Source: the human T2T-CHM13v2.0 reference genome, Homo sapiens
NCBI RefSeq assembly: GCF_009914755.1
Contig: NC_060935.1
Reading direction: 5' to 3' (one strand)
Length of the DNA: 64,000 bases
In this document: positions 1 to 14,852 of the stretch, piece by piece
Layout: each line of letters begins with the position of its first letter
Numbering within the stretch: position 1 is the first letter of the stretch
Translations under genes and position numbers: made by a program
The notes under the pieces: model-generated
The model's input: only the letters and a program-made list of their open reading frames with translations
Databases searched by the model: none
Told to the model about the DNA's origin: nothing

Positions 1-45
1 TTAAAGAAAAAAACAACTAAAGTGGGGTGATGGGGGAGCAGGTGG

Positions 46-75
46 GCAGTGCTGTGACTGCCACTAGATGGCAAC
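46..75 (+). promoter_or_regulatory. Candidate CTCF binding site (core plus upstream motif)
   Basis: CCACTAGATGGCA at 61-73 matches the CTCF core CCASYAGRKGGCR; GCAGTGC at 46-52 sits where the ZF9-11 upstream motif is expected. Confidence 0.65.
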
Positions 76-79
76 ATGC

Positions 80-495
80 TCAGTTAAAGGATTCTATTTC
101 CCAACTTTCCCAGGAATAGTTAGGTGTGGCTATCTGATTAGTTTTGCTCATGAGATGTAACCGAAATACTCTGTAGAACTTCTGAGAAGGCTGCTTAAAG
201 GGAACTCTGTTACCTGGGGAAGGTGCCCTTTCCTCTCCCCTTACTGATTCCTGCTATCTAGAATTAGGACATGATGATTATAGCTCAGCAGGCTTCTTTT
301 CCATGAAGTGACCTTGAGAATGGAGGTCTTAAACTGAGAAAGGTAGAAACAACCTTGATTTCATGGAACAATCATTTCAGCTCTGCTATACATACCTCTG
401 TGCTTCTTTTACATGAGAAAATAAAACTATATTTTAAAACCACTATTATTTTTTATTACTGTTATATGTAGCTGAACCTAATCCTATTTAATTGG
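80..495 (+). mobile_element. Old ERVL-type solo LTR (LTR33/LTR16-like)
   Basis: ctatttccc...taggtgtggctatctgattagttttg...gagatgtaa and the end tgttatatgtagctgaacctaatcct resemble LTR33/LTR16. Confidence 0.55.
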
Positions 496-859
496 GAGGA
501 TAATACAGGTTTCAAAAAAAATATGTCATTTGATCTATGTTTTAAAGGATGACAGGAATTCTACAGAGAGAGGAGGAAAGGCCATTTGTGAAATTACACC
601 GTGAGAGGACAAGAAAACATTCAGAAAATATCAAGTAATTTGGGAAGGTTTGAGCACGCAATCTGAGGGAAAACACAGCAGGGATTTTATTCCTGTCCCC
701 ATTTCTCAACTGAGTCCACTTAGCTCTTAGAAAAGATCTCAGAAAGCCAGACTGTGCATGGCTACAGGTAATTTTATGATCCCACAGCTCTCTACACTTC
801 TATGTTATAAATACTTCTTGCAACTGTAATTTGCTTGCCCAATTATTTTCTTCTTGCTA

Positions 860-990
860 CATTTTAAGCACCATGAGATCAACAAATTACCTCTTTTATT
901 TACTCTGAATTCCTGGAAAAGGGCCTGATATTAAAGCAAGGTGCTCAATAAACATTTGTTGACTAGATGAATGAATGGATGGATGGATGA
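860..990 (+). mobile_element. L2 3' end
   Basis: aggtgctcaataaacatttgttga followed by a (tgaa/tgga)n tail. Confidence 0.6.
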
Positions 991-1819
991 ATAAAAACAG
1001 TTTACTGGAATTCAACAGCTTAATTTCCCTTTAGAAAGTATTTCTTCTTACCAAACAACTTTAAGAAAACTCCATTTCAGTGGTTTTTTTCTTAATTCTA
1101 TCAATACGATATATAAGAAAGCCATTTTTATAGTAGCTGTCTGCTTCTTCATATTGCTTGCCAAATATAATCAGACAACACATTAGCTTTCTACATTTTA
1201 TAATACTGTATATAATATTTCATCTCAGAAAATGCTTCAATTTAAAAATGAAATGGAGGAGAACCCTGATTTCTAGGAATCTGCCAGAGAATCTCAATAT
1301 CTGAAAGGCTTCCACAGTTACCAGAAAGATCTTTCATGCAAAAGCTCAACACCCAGCTTTGTGCGTGCCTGTAAATGAGATGCTCATCTGCAAAATGTCA
1401 CATTTCAACCACCAGAGCATTCAGCCCATTAAAATACCTTTAAGAAAATGGCTTTTTAGCTAATCAAAACCACAACAAAATTATCTCTACAGCAAATGCT
1501 TACAAATAATAGAAAATTTCTCTCTCTCTCTTTTTTTTTTTAAGAACAAATTTCAGAGAACACCTGCCTAAAGAACCCAACTATTCATTAAACCACACAA
1601 GTACTCGGACCTTACTATGTGCCAATTCTCTGCCCTTAAAAGAACTCATCTTTTAGTGGGGAAATAGTTGTATTTAAGATTGACTGTAATACAAGGTGCT
1701 GCATTAGAACAAAGTGCTTGAAACAGAGAGAGGATGTCATTTTTCTTGGTAGAAGGGTCAAGAAGAGCTTTCACAGTATAGCACTTTTATAGCTTATGAA
1801 GAGAGTGCAAGAGTTAACA

Positions 1820-1985
1820 ATGACCATTTTACAAAACAAACAAACAAACAAACAAACAACAACAACAACAAAAACAGAAGTTAAGTGATTTGTTCAAGGT
1901 CCCATAGATAGTGGGATGCCAGAAACTCAAACCTGGGTCTACAGACACCAAGTCCAGTGTTCTTTCTATGATATCATGCTGTTTC
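1820..1985 (-). mobile_element. MIR fragment containing a (AAAC)n/(AAC)n microsatellite
   Basis: ccattttaca...gaagttaagtgatttgttcaaggtc MIR core. Confidence 0.6.
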
Positions 1986-2223
1986 ACAATCCAGATGTAT
2001 TATCTAAAACGGATGTAATTTTGAAATAGCATTTTTCTGCCTTCACACTCTACAATACAGCAGACTTGATATTTTGAGTTCCCTTGAACATGCCATACTC
2101 TCTTGTCTCTGAGTCTTTACACATGCTGTTTTGTTTTTAATACCATCGTTCTCCATCATTTCTGGTTTCTCTCACTCATCTTTCCTAGCTCCTTCCCTCT
2201 ATCCCTCAGTCTGGATAATTCTT

Positions 2224-2352
2224 CTTCTTCTTTGAAGATGCAGAGTATCACTATATTGCCCAGGTTGGACTCAAACTCCTAGGCTCAAGTGATCCTCCTG
2301 CCTCAGCCTCCCACGTAGCTGGGACTACAGGCACGTGCCACCATGCACAGCT
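2224..2352 (-). mobile_element. FLAM/FAM Alu monomer
   Basis: Single Alu arm flanked by TSD tctggataattctt on both sides. Confidence 0.8.
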
Positions 2353-2901
2353 TCTGGATAATTCTTACTCTTCTTTTTAGGGTTCAGTTATGTGCAACTT
2401 TCTCTGGGATGTTTCTGTAACATTTATCACACTATAATTGTATCCCATCCCTGACTGTAAACCCCATGAGAGCAGTTTTGTCTTGATCAGACTTTCATCC
2501 CTAATACCTAGCACAGTCAGGCACAGAGTACCAGGGTTTCACAACCACATCACACAATGGCTTTAAATTATCACATATCTCTGAAGCAGAATTATAATTT
2601 GCTAGAAATGGATTGCTGCAGACAGACTTTCTATAACACCCCCACATATTAAAAATTGTGATCAGGGATTTCTAGAGAGACAATAAATCAGCAATCCTCA
2701 GAGTCTCTCTTTAACGGTTACTTACAAGAGGTTACATTTGCAATGCAAATATATAAGCTAAATTTTTATCTCCTTAGTCCAATAAAGGCCTGTGATATAG
2801 TATAAAAATATTGGGGCTCCTCTTCAAAAGTACAAACTGCCATATTACCTATCACATGTAGTTAGAGAGAGCTAGCTGGAAGAGGTCTGTGGCATGGCAT
2901 C

Positions 2902-3302
2902 TGCTATGGTCTAAATATGTCTCCCAAAATTTATGTGTTGGAAACTTAATCCCAAATGCAACAGTGTTGGGAGATAGAGCCTTCTGGGAGGTCTTCAGGT
3001 CATAAAGGCTCTGCCGTCATGAATGGATTAACATCCTTATAAAAGGGTTTGATGGAGGAAGTTCATCCTTTCATAGCCTTTCCACCTAGAGCCATGTGAG
3101 GACACAGCATTCCTCCTCTCCTCTGGAGGACACAGCATTCAAGGTGCTGTCTTAGAAACAGAGATGGAACTCTTACCAGACAATGAACTTGCCTTGATCT
3201 TGGACCTCCCAGCCTCTAGAATTGTAAGAAATAAATTTCTGTTCTTTATAAATTACCCAGTCTCAGGTGTTTTGTTACAGCAGCACAAAATACACAAAGA
3301 CA
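2902..3302 (+). mobile_element. MaLR solo LTR (MST family, MSTC/MSTD-like)
   Basis: tgctatggtctaaatatgtctcccaaaatttatgtgttggaaacttaatccc ... tttataaattacccagtctcaggtgttttgttacagcagcacaa. Confidence 0.8.
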
Positions 3303-3846
3303 ACATCCAACAGCCTTTTTTTTTTTTTTTTTTTTTTTTTTAAAGGGGGAGAATACTGAGGCATAGAGAAGGGAAGGGACTACCCTAGAAATGCACAGAA
3401 AGTCATGGTTGTGGACAGGGCTCTGAGCAAAACCCAAGCCTCCTGACTTTAGATTGGAGGCTTTCTACCATAAATCATCTTGATACTCTTCTCTGGATGG
3501 ACAGATGAACAACTGGATAGAAAGACCGACAAATAAATATATAAACTATGTGAAAGCATACTTCCAGGAAAGCCCCTCCCCACCTTTTGCTGGTCATAAG
3601 TCTTCCTGGGTATTTTAGATCTATCTGTCATGAGACATAGGATACTGAGGGAATGTGAAGAAATACAGGTGTTTGTTGAAGAACCCACAGAGTCAAGGGG
3701 TTCTACCAGAATATATTAGTTTTTTGAAGCAAACCTATGAGGCCCACTAGATTATAAATTCTCAACAGCACGTTTATAGCATGCAAAATAATCACCTTCC
3801 CTGAGGAAGCAATATGTGTGAAATGTCACCTAGAAATTTCATATAA

Positions 3847-4165
<319 letters not shown>

Positions 4166-5594
4166 AAGAACAGGTTTTTAAGCCACAGTTAACAGCTGTG
4201 AGGCCTTGGATAACTTAATCTCAGTTTCTTCTTCTGTGTAGTGGGAAATACTAGTGGTATCAATATTCCAAGAATGTTGGAAAAATTAAATGAAATAATA
4301 TATGTTCTGCCTGAGCACATGTAAACACGATAAATTGTGGTTTTTATCATTATTTTGCCTAGAGGAACATCCTCATCACATGCAACTGTCAACAACCAAG
4401 ACCTACAGTGTCCATAGGGACCCAAGGCACTGGACTGTCCCTTTCCCAGGTCTAGGGCTTTAGAAGGGTAATTACTGAGCCTAAAACGAGTAAGGAAAGT
4501 GTTCATTTCACCTTGAGGCTATCTGCCACAGGAAGACAATTACCTCCTCTATAAAACAGAAATACTACCACTTAATATAAAGAATTGCTATGAAGATGCT
4601 ATGGAGGATAAAAGTAACAAAGTAATATAATCATATCTGTGTTCTAGAATAATATTTCATGGGAAGATGAAGGATGGGTTAGCAAAGGAGAAACAGAAAG
4701 TCTTAAAGCAGCTATCCAGGTTAAGGAAATGAAGATCTGAACTAGAAAGGAAAGCTAAAACGGAAAAGAAGGAAAGAATATAGGAAAATATTTTGCAGTC
4801 GGAACTGACAGAATTTGAAAATTCTCTGTATGCAGGGCTTGAAGAGGGGAAAGTCAGAGGTTTCTGAGGTAAGCATTCAAAGATGGTGTTCATTTGGAAG
4901 AAGTAGAGACAAAGATGTCCAACAGACAACTGGGAATCTGGAAATACTGATTTGGGAGATGATGGTTGCTGTGAACTAATTACCCACCAACCATTATTTT
5001 TATTAGCTTAGAGGTTAGCAGAAGAGTCCAGCAAGAGTATAAAGGCAGTAAGGAATGAAGATTGTATGGGGGAAGTATAATAGCACAAGAGAATATTGTC
5101 AGATGTAATAATTCAGAGCCAAACAGGGCTCTCAGAAAGAATGTCTTTTGAACCTTCTCAGTCGTTAAAGAAGCAAGCCTGCTTGGTTCCCAATGTACTT
5201 TCTTGCTGCTTCCTTCCTCCCTCCTTATCTTCAGTCAATAAACCTTTACTGGGTCTTTATCTTATGCCACTTCCAGCATCAGCGCTGAGGATACAGAGTA
5301 CGTTATATACCATAACTGTTAACATCTTTAATTTTAACAGATGTTTAATGTTAACATCTTTAATTTTCACAGTAACTTTATTTATTATCCCCGTTTTAAG
5401 GATGTATAAGCTGAATAGCCCAGCCTATGAGGAACACTCTCCTCTGAGCTTTCATAGTCCTTACAAATTTTATATCACATAGTACTCTGTATCATCAGGT
5501 TTTCTTAAATAACCATAATTTATTCATATCCTTTTCTTCCCCAGGGTACAGCACAGGACCAACTACACACTACAGGTATTCAGTATTTGATGAT

Positions 5595-6267
5595 TGTATT
5601 ATTCTGGGTTCTCTAGAGGGGCAGAACTAAGAGGAGAGAGAGATATATATAGATATATATATCTATATATCTATATATCTATCTATATCTATATATCTAT
5701 ATATCTATATATCGATATCTATCTATATATCGATATCTATATCGATATATATCTATATATAGATATCTATATCGATATCTATCTATCTATATATAGATAG
5801 ATATAGATATGTATCGCTATAGATATATAGATATAGATATATATAGATATATATATAGATATATATCGATATATAGATATATAGATATATAGGAATTTAT
5901 TAAGTAGTATTAACCTACAGGATCCTAAGATCCTACAATAGGCCATCTGCAAGCTGAGGAGCAAGGAAGCCAGTCCAAGTCCCAAGCTGAAGAACCTGGA
6001 GTCCGATGTTCAAGGACAGGAAGCATCCAGCAAGGGAGAAAGATGTAGCCGGGGTAAGTCAGTCTGGCCTTTTCACATTTTTCTGCCTGCTTTATATTCA
6101 ACGGTAGCTGATTAGATGGTGCCCACCCAGATTAAGGGTGGGTCTGCCTTCCCCAGCCCACTGACTAAAATATTAATCTCCTTTGGCAACATCTTCACAG
6201 ACATACCCAAGATCAATACTTTGCATCCTTCAATCCAATCAAGTTGACACTCAGTATTAACCATCAC
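5595..6267 (-). mobile_element. MLT2A (likely MLT2A2) HERVL solo LTR
   Basis: Reverse strand starts gtgatggttaatactgagtgtcaacttgattggattgaaggatgcaaagtattgatc and ends ctctagagaaccc..aataca. Confidence 0.9.
5640..5891. repeat. AT-rich (TATATC)n/(GATATA)n microsatellite inside MLT2A, self-complementary
   Basis: About 250 bp of TA/TATC/ATCGAT units that switch orientation near 5790. Confidence 0.95.
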
Positions 6268-7321
6268 TTTTATTTTAACAACCATCATGTTGTTAAATAT
6301 ACATAACACATCTAAAGGACTGTTTTAAAGTCATTCCATTGACCAAGTTTTTACATGAGATCCTAAAAAGTAGTAATTTCTTACTAATTCATTCAGCAAA
6401 TCCCTAAGTACTAGATCTGAGCTAATCACTGGTACTGGATCTAGGAGAAACAAATCACACACAGACCCTGCCATCAGGTTTATTGTGGCATCCACTAATG
6501 TCACCTATTGTTTATAATGAGTTCTACTTCCTTCAGACATTAGAACCAGAGATACACGTGTCTTTTGAATATTCAAACACTTAATAGGAATAAACTATCA
6601 GCTGAAAGAATACGTGAATGAATGATAGACAATCTGAACCTTGGACCAGGCCTTGGTCTGGTCACCGGAAAGCTGAGCGTTCTTAGCAATGAGCAAAAAC
6701 TTCTAGTACTAAATTTACCCCAGCTTTTTTACTAAATTTACTATATTATCCTATTTCCCCTTCACTGATAATCTGTTTGTTTTTCGTCCTATTTTATTAC
6801 GTGTATTTTAAAAATTCATTCCCTTTAGGAAAAAACCATAGGTATACAGAATGTAATCAATCAACCTGAAGATGGTATAATGAGTCTCCTACTTTGTCCA
6901 GATGCCCTGCTGAAGGTTTGGAGTCAAACCAGGCCCAATGTGCAAGTCAGCAGCAAAGTCAGTAGCTACTACTACCTAAGTTTAATAAAAAGGGTCTCTG
7001 GTGGAGGAACTGTGTTGCTTCAGAGCAGCCAGGGAACTCTATTCTTCAAAGCCCACCCTCTTCAAGTTTTCAGCCCCCGCATTTATAAATAGGGAAGTTC
7101 TGGAACTAGACCATGGAGGACTACATGTGTATCTCTATCCCTGATCTACCAATACCTTAGAATCAGCTTCCTTATTTATTCTTATCTACCTACTATACAA
7201 ATGTAAAGTTTGGGGGAAAACGGCCCATTATTGGTAATACAATATGGGTATGGTTGACTTAGTTTAGACAAGCAGTCCTGTAAGCACTGAATACTCACAA
7301 CACTGGAGGGTTTTGCTTGTT

Positions 7322-7660
7322 TTGTTGTTACAATATACATAACACAAAATTGACTACTTTAATCATTTTAAAGTGTACAGTTTTGAGGCATTAAACACAT
7401 TCACATTGTCATGCAACCATCACCACCATCCATCTCCAGAACTTTTCATCTTCATGAACTAAACTGGACTCTTCATACCCATTAAACACTAACTCCCCAT
7501 TCTCCTCTTCCTACCCAGTCCCTGATACCACCATTCTATATTCTGTCTCTAAATTTAACTAAGAACCTAATTTAAGATGAATTATACAATATTTGTCCTT
7601 TTCTGACTGGCTTATTTCATTTAGCATAACTTCTTCAAGGTTCATCCATGTTAAAGCATG
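7322..7660 (-). mobile_element. L1MB-type 3' end fragment
   Basis: acattcacattgtcatgcaaccatcaccaccatccatctccagaacttttcatc...ggcttatttcatttagcata. Confidence 0.8.
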
Positions 7661-9236
7661 AAAATGCTGGTTTTCAATAACATTCCAGACTTCCCATTTC
7701 GGATAAAGATAATCACAAACTGTAAGTCTGACCATCATTTATTAGCTTTTAGAGATAAAATTAAAAGCTCACTGTAGAATTTTTCCCCTCCTGTGCCACT
7801 GAGATTTCCAGATTGATTTATAATCTGGAACAAGTATTTCCAAATAGATCATTTAGATGGAGCATCCTGCTACTTGAAAAATAAGTTCTAACACATTCAT
7901 CAGGAAGCAAAATGGCCCTCAATAGAAAAGACAATGTGGTATCAATGTTTGAATAAAGATTAATGCTTAGCATAAGCTACTCATCTGTTTTGGTATCCCT
8001 AAACATATTTTCTTGCAGGAGAACAAGTGTGCATCTGTCTGGTTTTCAGAATATATGTACAAATATTTCTTATTACAAGTAGTATGTTTTCAGTATTAAT
8101 AAATTTATATCATCCACATTGATGAGCCATGGATTATTTTTTAACCAGCAAGACCAATGTGAATAAAATACGAATGATCTTACTAAAAACAAACAGAAAA
8201 GACCTCTTCCTTCTCAGCTGGGGATATTATTTTTTTGTTTGCTTTTTTCCTTTTTTCCAACTCTCATCTTCCAGACTTTAATCCTATGTGGCTCTGTACA
8301 TTCCATGCTCCAACTCTCATCACTCTCCCCACTTCATCTCCTGATCTTTTTCCACTGTATTCTCTGGAACTCAAGGTTAGCAAAATCCTCTACAACTTCA
8401 ACCTCTCCTATGAATGTCCCCTGCTCTAAGTGAAATCTGGCTGTCTCATATAATAATGCTTTCCTGTGCAGCACTTTCAAGCAGGGGCTGATTTTCTCTC
8501 ACTTCTCACCTTCCCCTAGGCCTTGAACCACTTACAGACCCTTCTCCATAAAAACATTCAGTTCTGAATCTCACATCATCAGATTCAACATCATCCCTCT
8601 TTGTAGCCATTTACTGCTTCCAAGTAACTTTCCTCTTATGCCTTAAAGATTGTGGCTCCTAGCTCACTGTCATTCTCTCTAATATATTCTTATCATAATT
8701 CCTGGTAATTTTAATAACTATATAAGTAATGATTATAATGCATTGCCCTCTCAGTTATCTGATCTCTCCTCCACTGATCTTGACATTTCCACCCAACCTC
8801 AGCCTCTCATTTCCATGGTTATAATCCTTGACCGTGTTATTACTAATAACTGAAACCTTTTTTCTCTAATCTTAATTTCAAATATCTCATTCGCCAAACA
8901 CCATCTCTTAACTTTCTAGTTTGCTCTCTATAGTACACCAATTCTAACAATCCCTCAACCTATCAGGACATTCAATCTACTAATTCTACCTATATTTCAT
9001 TGTCCATCACCCTCCTCGTACCCTCACCTCTCTCCTAACCCTGGCTATCCTAAATTCCTTGGTCAATTTTTTAATAATCATTCCCTTGCCCCTCTATCAC
9101 TTGTATTGACACTAGTTTGGTTAAACCACAACCCTGGTTAAATTCAGTCACCGTCTACTCTCTGCCAACACTGGTATAGGTCTTGGGAGTAGGAAAACAC
9201 ACAATTATGTTTACTAAAGTTAAAATTTAACTTTAA

Positions 9237-9581
<345 letters not shown>

Positions 9582-9976
9582 TGAAATCTGACAATCATTC
9601 TATATTTGCCTCGTCCATCCTATACTGTTTCATGCTTTCTTTGCTCCTAATCTCACTCTCAACTAGTGATTTTGCTTATTTGTCTAAAGAAAATTAATCA
9701 TCGAAAAGAGAGTTTTCAAGAGCTCCCACCACATTTACCTACCAAACTGCACCTGTACCCACAGACTCTTAACTTCTCTCCTATCACCGTGGATGAACAG
9801 TCCACGTTCCAACCTTCCAGTGGTACACTAGATTCCATTCCCTTACCAAACAAAGGACACTACTTCAAGTCATTTCACCCCTCTTTCTTGAGCATTATTA
9901 GGACTTCCCTTCTCTGCAGGATTATTCATATTAACATACTGTTACTTGTCTCACATAAAATAAATACATAAAATAA

Positions 9977-10315
<339 letters not shown>

Positions 10316-10615
10316 CCAGCTACCATTTCATGTCTCCTTCCCTTCATAGCAAAATTCCTATAAAGAGTTGGGTTATTTTCTTCTTTTAACCCTCCTGTAT
10401 TGAGAATTCTAGAAAGAGCTGTTTTATACTGTACTTGCTTTCTCTCATCTTTCTTCCTATTCTTTTGAACCCACTCCAATCAGATTTCCATTCCCACCAC
10501 TCTACCACCATGTTCTAATCAAAGTCACCAGTGACCTCCACTATGCTAAAACTAGTGGTCAATTTTCAACCCTCATCTTACTTGACATGTCAGCAGCAGC
10601 ATTTAACATAATTGA

Positions 10616-10943
<328 letters not shown>

Positions 10944-13500
10944 ATCTCCCCTCTTTTCAATACTTTCATCACTTGGCTTTTGGACACTATACTCACCTGG
11001 GTTTTGATATGTTTGTTTTATTTTTCTCCCTATCATTCTGGCAGCTCTTTCTCAATTTCTAAACTTTGTGGTGACCTAGGCCCCTTCTCTTTTCTAAAGT
11101 CTCCATACACTCTCAAAGCCCCCTTATCTAATTGCATAACCAAATACCATCTACATTTTTATATTTACCACCTCCCACTCTCCTAAAATCTGTTTCTCCT
11201 GAAGTCCTCCCCAGTTCACTGAATTGCAACTCCATGCTTTTAATTGCACAGATAAAAATTTTGGTGTTGTTCTTGACTTCTCTTTTTCTCATACCTTAAC
11301 AACTAGTCCATCAGCAAATCACTTTCAGCTCTGTCTCTAAAATATATTCAGAATTCAATCAATTCTCACTACCCTCACTTCTACCATCTTAATCTAAATC
11401 ACTATCATCTCTCACAAGTATTACTGCCCCCCCTGTTTTTGCATTTACTCCTTCTTTTGTCTATTCTCAACACAGCAGCCAGAGTGGCTCTCTGAAAACA
11501 TAAGTTAAATCAGGTCACTCATCTAATCCTCAGTGACTTCCTACCTCACGCAGTGGAAAAGCTAAGTCTTTACTAGGATCTAGAAAACCAAACAAGAAAT
11601 GAATTTATAATGCCACACATTATAAATTACCTTCTCAACCTTTTGACTCCTGTTACTCTCCTCAACTTCAGGCACTTCACTTCAGCCATCCTGTTCCCTG
11701 TTCCCCTGCTATTCCTTAAAACATACCAGGACTGGCCTCAGGGCTTTGGCATCTATTCTCTCTGCCTGAAATGTTCTTCCTCCAGTTCATTCTCTCACTT
11801 ACTTCAGGTCTTAATTTAAAATCACCTTCTCTGTGAGACTTTCCTTGGCTCCCTACCTAAAAGTGCAAACCTTTAACAAACTCAACATTATAGTTATCTT
11901 CCTTGCTTTATTTTTCCTCTTTCCCACATATCTATTGTACTTAATATTTTATTTTTTATCTTGTTGTATGTCTTCTCCCCCCTTCACCCAAAATGTAAGC
12001 TCCATGGTGATTCAGATTTTAATCTGTTTAGTCTACTGTTGCATCCCCAGTGCTAGAACAGCATCCAGAATATTGATCACTCTTCTCCACACTTTTGAGG
12101 GAATAATTTGAGAGGTGCCCCTGTTCTATGACTCAGATGATACACAGATTATACATAATGAAAGCTCCCATTAGTCAGTGCCTACTGACAAATACTAATT
12201 TCAGTTGGCCTCACTGAAATTATTATATTTATTCCTCATAATAATCCTGAGCCTTCCAGGACCAGCTGTTGACAAAACACACATATATACACATACTCCC
12301 CAGACAGCTGGCCAGAGAGGCAGGTTAGGAGCTGATGGGAGATGAGAAAAGAGCCCATGGAGAGGGGAAGACCACAAACAGAAAGGAGACATGATGGGAA
12401 GTTACTTATGGTAATACCACTCCAGCGGGAAGGAGACTTAATGTTTGGTCATCCATGGTGGAAGCCTGCATGTCTGCATAATACTAACAACCAAAAGACG
12501 CTCTTACAAGGCATAATTCTTCTCTCTGGACTGAGAGTTCCTAGAAGACTCTCCTTTCACTTCTGAAACTTCAGAATCCAGCTAGCACAGAGAAGACTCC
12601 CATAAATGTTTGTTAAATTGAACTGAATAATTATTGAGGTATTTATTCTGTTTTTACTCAAGACAAAACTGAGTTTTCAACAGTATTATGTAACATATTC
12701 AAGGAGGATGCATAGTTTCTAAGTAACAGACCGGGGACTTGAACTCAAGTTCCCTATTCTTTCTCCTGCACCACACTGTTGTTGTATAAAAACGATAATC
12801 TCTAGTAGAACACTGACTCTCATCTCATACGTGGGATGCAGACCTGTTAACCCAGCTATAGTCTAAGATGTCATAGAAAGAATCTTCACAAAGCAAGCCA
12901 GATCTCCAAACTGAACCACATAAGCTTGCAAGTCCAACATTCATAATCCCCAATTCTTTTCCCCATCTACCTCCTTTGTTCACTCCCTTGTTTCTTTGTG
13001 TTCATAACTGCCTGACCAATAAGGTGTGTAAAGTCCTTGGAATACAAAGGCCAAGTATGATTCTTCTTTCCATTCCTCCAGCACAGGGCTAATTATATCA
13101 AAGGTACTTTGTGAATGTTAGTTAAATTTAAAATGCTAAAAACCAAAGAAATAAAAAGATAGCTTTATGATTTCCATAGTCTCCATGGAGAGTCAGGGCT
13201 GGTATTAGCATCTACTTTACAAATGAGAAAAGCCTAAAAGGAGAGAAGCAACTTGCCCAGACTTTACCCTGACTCCTCACACGCCAAGCCCAATGTTCCT
13301 CCCATCATGTCATAAGGTTCACCGTATTTCTTAGAGCCAAGAAGATGGCTGAGGCAAGAACGAAAGATCAAGATAGACAAAAAAGAATGCCACACATTAT
13401 AAATTAATCACTTAACAACATAACCAGCACATCCTGAAAAAATAAGCAAATATGACATTCATATCAGAGCAAAAGACTTGGTTTAAAATAAACAAACTCA

Positions 13501-13794
13501 GCCTGGCATGGTGGTTTATGCCTATAATCTCAGCACTTTGGGAGGCTGAGGCAGTGGATCCCTTGAATCCAGGAGTTCAAGACCAGCATGGTGAAACCCC
13601 ATCTCTACAAAAAAAATTTCAAAAAAATTAGCCGGGCACGGTGGCGTGCACCTGTAGTCCCAGCTACACGGGGGGCTGAGGCAGGAGGATTGCTTAAGCC
13701 TGGAGGTCAAGGCTGCGGTAAGCCGAGATCGCACCTCTGCACTCCAGCCTGGTGACAGAGCAAAACCTGTCTCAATAAAATAAAATAAAATAAA
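13501..13794 (+). mobile_element. AluJ
   Basis: ggaggattgcttaagcctggaggtcaaggctgc, (TAAAA)n tail. Confidence 0.85.
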
Positions 13795-13950
13795 CCATAT
13801 TTAATGATACTCTGCTCTGGATTATTCATTATGTAAATCACTTAGAGGTGGCACAGATGATAAGAGAATAAGATACGGTTTGCCCTTAGAAGCAGATAGT
13901 CTAATAGCAAAAATGTGACTCAAATACTCAGAGTTCAAAATCCTGGTGGC

Positions 13951-14342
13951 AATGGAACACAATGCAGCCATAAAAAGGAACAAAATCCTGTCCTTTGCAC
14001 CAACATGGATGCAGGTGGAGGCCATTATCCTCTATTCATTCTTGCAAATGAATGCAGAAACAGAAAATCAAATACCACATGTTCTCACTTATAAGCAGGA
14101 ACTAAACATTGGGTAAGCATGGACAAAAAGATGGCAACAACAGACCTTGGGCTCTACCAAGAGTGTGGAGAAGGATGGACTGAAAAACTACCTATTGGGT
14201 ACTACGCTCACTACCTGGGTGACAGGATCATTCATACACCAAACTTCAGCAACATGCAATGTATCCATGTAACAAACCTGAACATGTACCCTCAAACCTA
14301 AAATGAAAGTAGGAAAAAAAAAATCACAAAGTGAAAAAAAAA
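13951..14342 (+). mobile_element. 5'-truncated L1PB 3' end
   Basis: L1PB 3'UTR (gaaaaactacctattgggtac...ctcactacctgggtgac), polyA, TSD tcctggtggca on both sides. Confidence 0.85.
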
Positions 14343-14544
14343 GTCCTGGTGGCAGACAAAATGAGAGAAGTAGCTTGAACTCATAGTTCCAAATAATAAA
14401 AGAAAGGCAAGATAACAAGTGCTAAACGAACTTTACAGGTAGCCCGTAGACCATACGTATACAGTTATTGCAGGGGTTCAGAGAAAGGAGGAAAGGCTCA
14501 CTGTGTCTGTGTATGTATCTTTAGTTTTTAGGGTCTTTTTAAAG

Positions 14545-14852
14545 GTTGTTTTGTTTTGTGTTTTTGAGACTGGGTCTCACTCTCTCACCCAAGCTGGACA
14601 GCAGTGGTGCAATCTCAGCTCACCGCAACCTCTGCCTCCTGGGCTCAAGTGATCCTCCCAAGGCCTCAGCCTCCTAAGTAGCTGGGTCTACCGACGTGTG
14701 CCACCATGCTAGGCTAATTTTTGTATTTGTTTTGTAGAGACAGGGTTTCACCATGTTGCCCAGGCGGTCTCAAACTCCTGGGCTCAAGCAATCCACCTGC
14801 TTCTGCCTCCCAAAGTACTGGGATTACAGGCATGAGCCACCATGCGCAGCCT
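14545..14852 (-). mobile_element. AluJ
   Basis: Full dimer with cctgggctcaag diagnostics. Confidence 0.85.

Noticed and set aside
5640-5891. CRISPR-like or other spaced repeat array
   Set aside because: It is a low-complexity microsatellite with no unique spacers, in eukaryotic DNA.
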